From an uncultured delta proteobacterium (lineage in GTDB: Bacteria; Desulfobacterota; DSM-4660; Desulfatiglandales; HGW-15): a stretch of DNA of 64,000 nucleotides. A program made the translations under genes and the position numbers. The stretch is taken from NCBI GenBank assembly GCA_963740905.1, contig CAVUFY010000012.1:213040-277039 (forward strand). The letters run 5' to 3'. Positions within the stretch are counted from its first letter, which is position 1. The number at the start of each line of letters is the position of its first letter. Under the pieces are notes generated by a model, which did no database searches, had not been told where the DNA came from, and saw nothing but the letters and a program-made list of their open reading frames with translations. Shown here one piece after another: positions 44,767 to 53,015 of this stretch.

Positions 44767-44997
44767 AATGAATTCTCTTAAACATTTGATTTGCACCTAT
44801 GCCGACCTGGCAAATCCCTAATGCCTGACACGTCAGGTGGGACAAGACGTCCTGCCCATAGGCGGATCCGTCCGTACCACTGGCTATCCATTTCAGAAAC
44901 CTCTGCAGCAACCCGAGGTTCTCAGGTTTTTGTCGGAACGAAGTTACGGCCGGAGGGGAGGAAACCTGACTCAAACCGCTTTCATTTCCGATTCTAG

Positions 44998-45363
44998 TTA
45001 CATTCCTGCGCGGCACATGGTAGCGATCCTTTGATAAAGCCGCAACACGATGGCTCCCCGAGGGCATTCCTCGGCGCATCTTCCGCAGCCGATGCAGCGA
45101 GATGCACGCACCAGAGCAGTGTTTTTGATTGCAATGGCCCCGACCGGACAGACAGTCTCGCATACGCCGCAGCCAAGACACCTTTCTGAATCGATAACGG
45201 CGACGTACAAAGGGAGTCCTGGCTTTTGTTGGATCTCACTGATACGCCGGCTTAACGTATCGAGGCGTGCTCCTATCGCTTGAGCCCTTTGTTTCAGTAA
45301 CAGGAGTTCCTCTCGCTGGCCGTCCGTCACTTTTTCCGCCCCGCTCGCATCTCGCCCTTTCAC
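44998..45363 (-). CDS. Coiled-coil + 2x[4Fe-4S] ferredoxin-domain protein
   Basis: The GTG start overlaps the upstream stop (GTGA). ...REELLLLKQRAQAIGARLDTLSRRISEIQQ then CLGCGVCETVCP and CIGCGRCAEECP. Confidence 0.65.
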   Translation of the reverse strand: MKGRDASGAEKVTDGQREELLLLKQRAQAIGARLDTLSRRISEIQQKPGLPLYVAVIDSERCLGCGVCETVCPVGAIAIKNTALVRASRCIGCGRCAEECPRGAIVLRLYQRIATMCRAGM

Positions 45364-45601
45364 TCCCTTGTCATGGCCGTTCCACACTTGGGACATTTCT
45401 GTTCGTAACAGGGGCTCCCCATCTGATGGGTTGCTCTTTCCCCGCAGTTCGGGCAAACGCAATATCCGCCCGGGCCGGCGCCAAAACCACCTCCTCGCCC
45501 TTTCCCCACTTCCTCCTTGGCCCCGGCCGCCGCCTCTTCCCCATACCTCTGCCTGTTCCCGGTCCCTGGCCTCTCGGGCCTGTTCCGTCTCCTCTCGGCA
45601 T
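45360..45601 (-). pseudogene. DUF5320-like Gly-rich + Zn-ribbon protein, frame broken twice
   Basis: MPRGDGTGPRGQGPGTGRGMG (frame A), RGGGRGQGGSGE (frame +1), then GRGGGFGAGPGGYCVCPNCGERATHQMGSPCYEQKCPKCGTAMTRE* (frame +2). Both shifts fall in G/A runs within 45493-45545. Confidence 0.55.
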
Positions 45602-45656
45602 TTTGCTTACCTCCTTTCGAATTGATTTAACGGAAAACCTCCGATCGTTTTATATG

Positions 45657-46518
45657 TCAAGACCTTGTGCCAGATCTTCGCCAGATCTTTTTGACTGCCC
45701 CGGCGGCCTCGGAATGGCCGTCATATTCAAAAATGGTCTTCCCCTGGACCATTGCCTTTGTAAAGACTGGATCAAATGGGATTCGACCCATCACCCTTAT
45801 CTGCTTTCTCCCGGGCAAAGTCTTCTATGGCCCGTCCCTGGTCGGGATTGAGATCGAATTTGTTGACGCAGACTATGGCCGGGACCTTGAAAAAGGCAGC
45901 CAGTTCGGCTACGCGCTCCATGTCGTGCCTGCCCGAAACCGTGGGCTCTGCCACGATGAGGACCGCCGTTGCCCCGCCAAGGGAAGCGATCACCGGACAC
46001 CCAATGCCTGGAGGGCCGTCTGTGAGCAGCAAATCCAGGTTCTTTTCTTCCGCAAGCTTCTTGCCTTGCTGCCGGATAAGGGTCACGAGTTTGCCCGAGT
46101 TTTCTTCCGCAATGCCCAGCCTTGCGTGGGCCATGGGGCCGAAGCGGGTGTCGGAAATGAACCATTCCCCGCATGTGTTCAGGGGAAAATCAATCGCTTC
46201 TTCAGGGCAGAAATAGTGACACACACCACAGCCCTCGCAGGCGATGGGGTCCACCACAAAATCTTCGCTGATGGCGTTCCACCTGCACAAATCTCGGCAA
46301 CGACCACATTGGGTGCATTTGTCCTGATTGATTACGGCCATATGACCGGACTGAAAATCATGGCGCTCCATGATCCGTGGGTCCATGATCAGATGAAGAT
46401 CCGCCGCATCCACATCCGCATCACAAAGCACCTTGCCCTTTGCCAGGGAAGCGAAGGCGGCCAATATGCTTGTCTTCCCTGTCCCTCCCTTGCCGCTTAT
46501 GACAACCAGTTCCTTCAT
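45657..46518 (-). pseudogene. MinD/ParA-like P-loop ATPase with a 4Fe-4S ferredoxin insert, C-terminal frameshift
   Basis: ISGKGGTGKTS, two Cys clusters (CTQCGRCRDLC; CEGCGVCHYFCP) and DGPPGIGCPVI. After ...EDFAREK the homology continues in the +1 frame as QIRVMGRIPFDPVFTKAMVQGKTIFEYDG... (shift window 45797-45817). Confidence 0.7.
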
Positions 46519-46561
46519 CCAAATCTACCCCGCCTTACCTTTCATGTTTATAAGACTCCAT

Positions 46562-47403
46562 CTATTGAGCAATAATTTCTTCAATTCGATGGAATAAATC
46601 CTGGAATTTCTGCTTCCACTCGGGCATCACCTCGACGAGCATCTCCCCCTTCGAGTAGGACTCCGCGATTTTACGATCAAAAGGGATCTCCATCAGGATG
46701 GGCATCCCCTCGCTCTCTGCATATGTCCCTCACCTGATCATCGCCCATATCCGAGCGATTGATGACTAGCCCGCAGGGAATCCCGAGAATATTCACGGCC
46801 CCCACAGCCAGCTTGAGGTCATGGAGGCCGAAAGGGGTGGGTTCTGTAACCAGCAAGACGAAATCCGCTCCTTTCATGGAGGCGATCACTGGACATGAAG
46901 TCCCGGGAGGGGCATCAATGATGGTCAACAACCCCGGTCGTGTATATTCTCGGACTTTTCTGAATAAGAGGAGGGGACATGGCCTCTCCGACCCTTAACC
47001 TGCCGTGCACGAATTCCAGGCCGTCCCTGTGCCCGATCTGGATGACACCCAGTTCACGCCCCACCTCGGTAATGGCCCCATCGGGGCACACCTCCATGCA
47101 TCCGCCGCAACTGTGGCAGAGCTCGTGGAACGGCAAAACGGTCTCACCAATGACCACAATCGCCTTGAACTGGCAGATCTCATTGCACTTCCCGCAGAGG
47201 GTGCATTTTTCCATATCCACTTCGGGCACAGGGGTGGTTATGGTCTTAACCCCTTCAATCGCAGGCTGGATAAAGAGATGGGCGTTGGGTTCTTCTACAT
47301 CGCAGTCCAGGAGCTGCACGCCGGATTCAAGTGATACGGCCAGATTGGTGGCCACGGTCGTCTTTCCCGTTCCTCCTTTTCCGCTCGCTATGCTGATAAT
47401 CAT
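46562..47403 (-). pseudogene. Second MinD/ParA-like Fe-S ATPase, two frameshifts
   Basis: IASGKGGTGKTT, CTLCGKCNEIC, CHSCGGCMEVCP. The frame changes at the A4 run 46956-46959 (...PPLIQK / VREYTRPGLLTIIDAPPGTSCPVI...) and at the G4 run 46706-46709 (...ICRERG / MPILMEIPFDRKIAESYSKGE...IIAQ*). Confidence 0.7.
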
Positions 47404-47433
47404 CCGTCGCTCCTCATCGTCTTGATGCGTGTC

Positions 47434-47904
47434 TCATTTTTCGGGTCGTGTTCCCGGTTCGAGATTATCTTTTCTAAGCTGTTTCCTCATATAGTCGTCG
47501 AGGGCTTCCTGGAGCGTTTCCGCAGCGAGAAAGGCGCAGTGCCGATCCTCCTTGGGCAGACCGCCAAGAACATCGAGGATCATTTCGCCCGTAATCTCCG
47601 CAATCTCGTCGGAACTCCTGCCGTGGGCAAGCTCGGCTGCGAAAGAACCGCAAACCGTGCTGGAGCCACATCCATCAGTTTGAAATGTCGCCTCTTTCAC
47701 CCTGTCCTTTTCGAATCTCAAAAAAATCTCCATCGTGTCGCCGCATGTCCCCTTGACACGGCCGTACCCTTCCGGATTGGGAATCACTCCGATGTACAGA
47801 GGCTTAAGCCATCTTTCGAAAGCTACCTGCCCGTATGTCTCCCTTGTCTCTTCATAGATCTGATCCTGTAACGCCCTGGCAAATTCATCGAGTTCGTCAG
47901 CCAT
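47434..47904 (-). CDS. IscU/NifU-N-like Fe-S scaffold protein
   Basis: KGTCGDTMEIFL...QTDGCGSSTVCG...EDRHCAFLAAETLQEAL. Confidence 0.8.
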   Translation of the reverse strand: MADELDEFARALQDQIYEETRETYGQVAFERWLKPLYIGVIPNPEGYGRVKGTCGDTMEIFLRFEKDRVKEATFQTDGCGSSTVCGSFAAELAHGRSSDEIAEITGEMILDVLGGLPKEDRHCAFLAAETLQEALDDYMRKQLRKDNLEPGTRPEK

Positions 47905-47921
47905 TGCGCATTCCTCGTTCT

Positions 47922-48495
47922 CTATTTATCCTCAATTTCTCTGAGTCTTGATTCGATCGATTCCATTTGCTTTCGCATTTCGTCAGCCTGTTGTCTGAGA
48001 CGGGCAATTTCTTCCTTTCGGGATGGGAGATCCGGCTCCGGATTGATCGGCACTCCTGCCGCCGGTCATGCCTCTCCCGCGGCCTATTCCCCCGCCCATG
48101 CCGCGGCCCATCCCGCGGCCCATCCCGAAATGGCTCTGTACACTGGGGGCTGTTGTGGGGGAAAGCTCCCCTGCCTTGAATCGCTCAACCGCCTTCCGGA
48201 CCTGGCCCGTTATTCCGGTTAGCACCTGAATTCCGGCGGCTCCAAAGGTTTGAAAGGCATTGGGGCCGCAGTTCCCGGTCAGCACAACCGAAACGCCTTT
48301 GCTTGCCATGAGCTGGGCCGACTGAATGCCGGCGCCGCCCCCCAGCGCGATGTTCGGATTCTCTATGGGTTCGAAATCCAAACCGTCCGGATCGATGATT
48401 AAAAAGTATGCACATCGTCCAAACCGTGATTCCACTGTGTCTTCGAGTGTGGGTCCGGTAGAAGTCACAGCGATTTTCATCCTATTCTTCGACAT
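47922..48495 (-). pseudogene. NifX/NifB-like domain + Gly/Met-rich linker + DUF5320-like coiled coil, one frameshift
   Basis: MKIAVTSTGPTLEDTVESRFGRCAYFLIID...VVLTGNCGPNAFQTFGAAGIQV..., then GMGRGMGRGMGGG. After ...GAGSPI the +1 frame reads RKEEIARLRQQADEMRKQMESIESRLREIEDK* (shift window 48018-48030). Confidence 0.65.
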
Positions 48496-48642
48496 AGTTT
48501 CTTTCTCCTGTTTTAGTTTTTTCTTCTTTGACGATAAGATCTCTGTTCCGTCCGAACTGACGCGAGGTTAATCAGCCGGCTGAAAGGCGTCTCTTCCTTC
48601 GGATCGTTTCTTGATTCCTCCTCACTAAGCGCTCAGGAAACT

Positions 48643-49635
48643 TCAAACGCAGAAACGGCATCCTTTTTTAACATTATTCACACGCGGGTATGAGCCTATC
48701 CCTTCTCTGATTGCGGCGACAAAGTAAATGGAACCACTTGAGCGTTCAGTGTGGATTTGTCCTTGCCGCAGGAGGTTGCCAAGGTATTTAGACACCTCGT
48801 TGAGATGCATACCGAAGGCACCCGCAATCTCCTCCGCCGTGCAGGGCCGCCTGTTTAGCATGGAAATGATCGCCTCCCGATTGGCTCGGATTTCAAAACC
48901 GCCTTTATCCTTGTACTCTGCAATCACTTCCGCCGGGGGTCGAAATAGATGACACAGGGAGGCTAAGCGCTCGCTGGAAAGGGGTGCAACAAAATCCTCT
49001 GCGGGAGGGCGAACAGCCGTATTCAAATGAATCCGATCCGGTTTGAGCAGATCCGCCAGCGCAGCAATCTTTGCCACATCGGAAGGAATCGAGTTCATAC
49101 CCGCAACAAGGAACACTTCTATCCACATCTCTCCTTTGAACTCATTGCGGAAGGCCTTTTGCCCCTCAATCAACCGCTTGAAATCGAGATCCGGATGCGG
49201 ACGGTTCACCCATCCGTAAGACGCCTGGTCCCACGCGCTCAGAGAAATCTTGACGATATGGGCTTGCAAGGCTTGCCTGCGGACTTCCGGCAGATAAAAG
49301 AGAGAGCCATTTGTCAGCAAAACCGCTTTTATAACGCTATTCTTTCTGACAAACCCGAGCACCTCCCCAAAGCAGGAATGAAGCGTTGGTTCTCCGGAAC
49401 CGGAAAGGGTGATATGATCCGCCTTTCCACCCCTTTTCAACCAGTTCCCGAGCTCATCGAGCACTTCCCCAACAGGCACATATTCCCGCCTGGTGACCGT
49501 CTTGCTTGGGGTTGGTCCAAGCTGGCAAAAGACGCAATCCTGGCTGCATGTCTTATAAGGCGTTACATCCACTCCCAGAGACCGTCCCAGTCGACGTGAC
49601 GGAACAGGTCCGAATATATATTTGTATTCTCCCAT
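48643..49635 (-). CDS. Radical SAM protein with a C-terminal winged-helix-like domain
   Basis: PSRRLGRSLGVDVTPYKTCSQDCVFCQLG (CxxxCxxC)...ITLSGSGEPTL. The C-terminus is ...EEIAGAFGMHLNEVSKYLGNLLRQGQI. Confidence 0.8.
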   Translation of the reverse strand: MGEYKYIFGPVPSRRLGRSLGVDVTPYKTCSQDCVFCQLGPTPSKTVTRREYVPVGEVLDELGNWLKRGGKADHITLSGSGEPTLHSCFGEVLGFVRKNSVIKAVLLTNGSLFYLPEVRRQALQAHIVKISLSAWDQASYGWVNRPHPDLDFKRLIEGQKAFRNEFKGEMWIEVFLVAGMNSIPSDVAKIAALADLLKPDRIHLNTAVRPPAEDFVAPLSSERLASLCHLFRPPAEVIAEYKDKGGFEIRANREAIISMLNRRPCTAEEIAGAFGMHLNEVSKYLGNLLRQGQIHTERSSGSIYFVAAIREGIGSYPRVNNVKKGCRFCV

Positions 49636-49659
49636 TGGCTAACTGGTCTTCCTTTCGAT

Positions 49660-50001
49660 TCAACAGTGGGGGCATCCTGTCATTATAAATCTTGGGCCTC
49701 TCAGGGAACCGTTCAGATAAGCATCCAACACTTGATCTGCTTGTCCGCAGATGAACGGGATCAACCGAATCCCATAGCCTTCCACGAGACTGACGAAGAA
49801 ATCCGAGATAGCGCCGCAGATAAAAATCTTTGCCTCGAGGTGAGCGAGCCTTCTGGCGCGGTAGAACACGGACTCTGTGTTAAGAGAGTCAGTACGCCGG
49901 CACCGAATGGCTCGATCTTCAACATCCACGACAAGCAACTGCCTGGCCGAGTCTGCAACAGGAGAAATCCGGTCTTCCCAGACGGTCAGGACCACTTTCA
50001 T
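49660..50001 (-). CDS. NifX/NifB-like small protein (paralog of 31060-31422)
   Basis: MKVVLTVWEDRISPVADSARQLLVVD...FICGAISDFFVSLVEGYGIRLIPFICGQADQVLDAY. Confidence 0.65.
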   Translation of the reverse strand: MKVVLTVWEDRISPVADSARQLLVVDVEDRAIRCRRTDSLNTESVFYRARRLAHLEAKIFICGAISDFFVSLVEGYGIRLIPFICGQADQVLDAYLNGSLRGPRFIMTGCPHC

Positions 50002-50030
50002 TGTCTATCTCCCCCTGTTGCGTCTAGTAC

Positions 50031-50046
50031 GGCAAGATATGTGCCA
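50031..50046 (-). promoter_or_regulatory. Candidate sigma54 promoter of the NifX-like gene
   Basis: The minus strand reads TGGCAC-atatc-TTGCC, 29 nt upstream of the ATG, with a GGGGGAG RBS in between. Confidence 0.6.
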
Positions 50047-50259
50047 CAGATAGCAGGGAATCCTACAAGGGCATAAAATATTGAGCTATCAGTAAGTTAG
50101 CTTAAGAAAGAGAAGGGGAGGGCAACAAGGAAGATTTCTTTTTTTGCAACCCGAAGATATTTGAAGTAGCATCATTGCGACCTTATTGGTTTCAGGCCCA
50201 GATAGCTCCCTCAAGCTAACCATCCGCAGTGTAACCACATAGAGCTCAAGACGTTTTTT

Positions 50260-50276
50260 GCAGTCGTCCCGACTGC
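50260..50276 (-). other. Conserved post-TGA hairpin of the MoaD-like gene, copy 3
   Basis: mRNA GCAGUCG-GGA-CGACUGC, again exactly 11 nt after TGA 50288-50290. Confidence 0.6.
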
Positions 50277-50287
50277 GTAACTCAGGC

Positions 50288-50569
50288 TCACCCTACGGTC
50301 ATCAGATGGATTGTGTCACCATCATGGAGAGCAGTGTCCATTCGATTTTCATACGACAGGACCGAGAAATTGATCGCTACTCGCAATCCCATGTCAATCG
50401 CACCATTCTGATCCAGCAGGACCTGATCCACCCCGCGACCGTATTTCCTTGCCAGACAAGCGGCGAAATCCCTGATCGTCTGGCCCGGAAAGTCAAAATC
50501 AAGGGCCTTTTTCTTGTTCAGGATCTTGTAGAGCTGTGGCAGACCTTCGATCTTGAGATGGATTTTCAT
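50288..50569 (-). CDS. MoaD/ThiS-like beta-grasp protein, copy 3 (ends ...LMTVG-TGA-GCC-TGA)
   Basis: MKIHLKIEGLPQLYKILNKKKALDFDFPGQTIRDFAACLARKYG...MDTALHDGDTIHLMTVG. ATG start with an AAAGGAGG RBS. Confidence 0.7.
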   Translation of the reverse strand: MKIHLKIEGLPQLYKILNKKKALDFDFPGQTIRDFAACLARKYGRGVDQVLLDQNGAIDMGLRVAINFSVLSYENRMDTALHDGDTIHLMTVG

Positions 50570-50763
50570 TTGTAGACCTCCTTTCACATGTATTTCAGAA
50601 ACGGTTCGCTTCCCTCGATTTCAGTTCTTCCTAGAGAGAAAGGGCCTTTTCTTCATTTTTCTCAATCTTGATTCGCTTTGAACCGGCAAAATAGATTTCT
50701 TTCGGATGATTTCCCTGTTCCTCCCTTTCCGCTGACGACGACCGATTCTCTGACTTAAGAGAT

Positions 50764-50779
50764 AGCAATCCATATGCCA
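50764..50779 (-). promoter_or_regulatory. Candidate sigma54 promoter with a ~190-nt leader to MoaD-like copy 3
   Basis: The minus strand reads TGGCAT-atgga-TTGCT. Confidence 0.6.
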
Positions 50780-50863
50780 TTGGGTCGTGAGAAAGGCAGG
50801 GTTAATTAATGCTAAAATTATGAATGAGTTGTGGACCAAGGGTAGAAACGATAAGGGTGGGAA

Positions 50864-50910
50864 GTTGCATCTTTGCGACGCCTGGGACCAACGAGTCGCG
50901 TTCAGGCGAC
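50864..50910. promoter_or_regulatory. Tandem inverted repeats (GTTGC/GTCGC)-N6-GCGAC (candidate UAS), copy 2
   Basis: gttgcatctttgcgac at 50864-50879 and gtcgcgttcaggcgac at 50895-50910. Confidence 0.5.
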
Positions 50911-51020
50911 TTCAACCCCTTAAATCGAATCGCCGGTTTGGGCTTGAGACTTCGTTGGTTGATCAACTCCCGAGTCCAGAGATAGAAACAACCCATTAAG
51001 GCAAAGGACTCCGATCAGAT

Positions 51021-51638
51021 TTATTCCGGCTCACTTGGTTCATCATAATGAAGGAGACGCTCCCGCCTGATCGAGTACGCCAGGAATTCTGAGCAGTAGT
51101 CACAAAAGGCGAGAGATGCCCTATCCAGGTCAGCAAGGTTTCCCGAGTAGTGCATCAGGCACTGTGTGTTCAGGCAATGGGCCATATTGAAGAGGTGGCC
51201 CAACTCATGAATGGCCACCTTGACCAGTCTCTCGACGATTTGATCGAAAGAAACGGGAAGCCTATCTGTGGCCTTGCCCAGTCTGTAGAGGGAGGCAAGA
51301 GCATACCTGCCCCCCTCATTGGCTTCTCCCAGAACATGGGTGAAGATAGGAATGAAAAGATCCACGTCCATCACGCAGATCACTTTATCCATCTCCTCAT
51401 CAAAGGGCATGGAATTTAAAGCCTTGAGGATAATCGCAGCATTGTACTGTCCCCGCTTTTGATCGTAGGCGTAGGCGGGGTTTTGAAAAGGAGAAAGAAT
51501 ATGGGCCTCCAGATTGAGGTGGGTTTGGATATAGGTCGCGACACCATCCAGCGCCGCGTCAGAGACCTCACCAAAGGGTGCCACACCGATGCATATTTTT
51601 TTCAGATTCATAAGGGAAGGGGATTCCAAAAGGGTCAT
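51021..51638 (-). CDS. amzA: Archaemetzincin (peptidase M54)
   Basis: HELGHLFNMAHCLNTQCLMHYSGNLADLD......CDYC. Confidence 0.8.
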   Translation of the reverse strand: MTLLESPSLMNLKKICIGVAPFGEVSDAALDGVATYIQTHLNLEAHILSPFQNPAYAYDQKRGQYNAAIILKALNSMPFDEEMDKVICVMDVDLFIPIFTHVLGEANEGGRYALASLYRLGKATDRLPVSFDQIVERLVKVAIHELGHLFNMAHCLNTQCLMHYSGNLADLDRASLAFCDYCSEFLAYSIRRERLLHYDEPSEPE

Positions 51639-51654
51639 TCAGCGGAGACCCCGT

Positions 51655-53001
51655 TCAAAGAGGTCTTTTCAGTTGATAGCGATTGATCATCTTGTGAAGG
51701 GACACCCGGTTAACCCCTAAAATTTTGGCCGATTCCGTGATATTCCAGTCCTGCTCTTCAAGAATTTCTTGAATATAATCCTTTTCCATCTCCTTAAGGG
51801 TTCGCCCTTTCCTGAATTGGATAGGAGAAGGTCGGAGGAAAGAGAAGTCCTCTACCCCAAGAGTCCTGGATTTGGAAAGCACCACCGCGCGTTCGATAGC
51901 GTTCTCGAGTTCCCTCACATTTCCGGGCCAGCCGTAACTCTTCAGGAATTCAATGGCCTCAGTGGCCACTCGGTCTACCAGCTTGGTGGTCTCATGACTG
52001 TACTTGTTCAGGAAGTGCTTGACCAGAAGCAGAATATCTTCCTTCCTTTTTCTCAGAGGAGGCATGTGCAGTGTGATCACATTAATCCTATACAATAGGT
52101 CTTCCCTGAACCGACCCGCGGCAACTTCCTCATCCAAGTCTCGTCTGGTCGAAGATAACAGTCTGAAATCCACATCGATCGGCTCTCTATCGCCGATTCT
52201 TATGATCTTTTTCTCTTCCAGGACCCGCAAGAGATCCACTTGCATTCTGGGGCTGATCTCTCCAATCTCGTCAAGGAAAAGCGTCCCCCCGGAGGCCACC
52301 TCGATGAATCCTTTCCGAGCTCGATTCGCCCCGGTAAAGGCACCTTTTTGGTGGCCGAAGAGTTCACTCTCCAGGAGGGCCTCGGGCAGGGCGCCGCAGT
52401 TCATTGCGATAAAAGGGCCTTTGGATCGGAAGCTCTCGGCATGGATGGCCTTGGCCACCAACTCCTTACCGGTTCCCGTTTCTCCTGAGATGAGCACGGA
52501 TGATTCACTCTGGGCAACCTGCGGTATGAGCTCGAATATGGCCGTCATGGGCGGTGACTGGCCGATCATGTTATCAAATCGCGTGACCTCTTCCAAAAGC
52601 CCCTTGACATAGTGATATTCGGACGTCAGCTTTCGTTCACGGGCAATTTTCTCGAGGACCAGCGCCAGTTGATCAGGCTTGAAGGGTTTCAGCAAGTAGT
52701 CGCTCGCTCCCAGCTTCATTGCTTCAATGGATGATTCGATGGAACCATATGCGGTAATGATGATGACGACGGTGTCCGGATATCCCTCCTTAACGTGTTT
52801 CAAAAGTTTCAAACCGTTCATGCGGGGCATTTTCATATCCACGAACAGGACTTCAAAGGGTTTTTTCTCCAGGATAGCCAGTGCCTCATCGCCGCCGGAG
52901 GCAGCTTCCACCATGTGGCCGGCTTTTTTGAACCAGTGGTAAAGGGATTCCCGTACGATCAATTCGTCATCCACGACCATGATTCTCAATCTCTCATCCA
53001 T
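51655..53001 (-). CDS. NtrC-type response regulator (REC - sigma54 AAA+ - Fis HTH)
   Basis: IMVVDDE...VLFVDMKMPRMNG, GETGTGKE, a canonical GAFTGA loop, and ...SAKILGVNRVSLHKMINRY. Confidence 0.92.
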   Translation of the reverse strand: MDERLRIMVVDDELIVRESLYHWFKKAGHMVEAASGGDEALAILEKKPFEVLFVDMKMPRMNGLKLLKHVKEGYPDTVVIIITAYGSIESSIEAMKLGASDYLLKPFKPDQLALVLEKIARERKLTSEYHYVKGLLEEVTRFDNMIGQSPPMTAIFELIPQVAQSESSVLISGETGTGKELVAKAIHAESFRSKGPFIAMNCGALPEALLESELFGHQKGAFTGANRARKGFIEVASGGTLFLDEIGEISPRMQVDLLRVLEEKKIIRIGDREPIDVDFRLLSSTRRDLDEEVAAGRFREDLLYRINVITLHMPPLRKRKEDILLLVKHFLNKYSHETTKLVDRVATEAIEFLKSYGWPGNVRELENAIERAVVLSKSRTLGVEDFSFLRPSPIQFRKGRTLKEMEKDYIQEILEEQDWNITESAKILGVNRVSLHKMINRYQLKRPL

Positions 53002-53015
53002 CGTCTCGCTCCAGC

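Larger units (their letters stand above)
50258..50616. repeat. Third, diverged copy of the MoaD-like gene segment (~90% identical to A1/A2 within the CDS)
   Basis: It covers the hairpin, CDS, RBS and proximal leader. Flanks beyond these limits are unrelated to A1/A2. Confidence 0.75.
50760..50925. repeat. sigma54 control-region repeat, copy 2
   Basis: Partner of 31433-31598. Confidence 0.7.

Noticed and set aside
44797-44997. A sigma54 promoter upstream of the Zn-ribbon/wHTH gene (TGGCAA.../GGCAT... strings) and the palindrome CCTGACACGTCAGG at about 44823-44836.
   Set aside because: The GG..GC spacing is wrong (9 or 14 nt instead of 12) for every candidate, or the strand is wrong. The palindrome is real but isolated, and I have no basis for assigning it a function.
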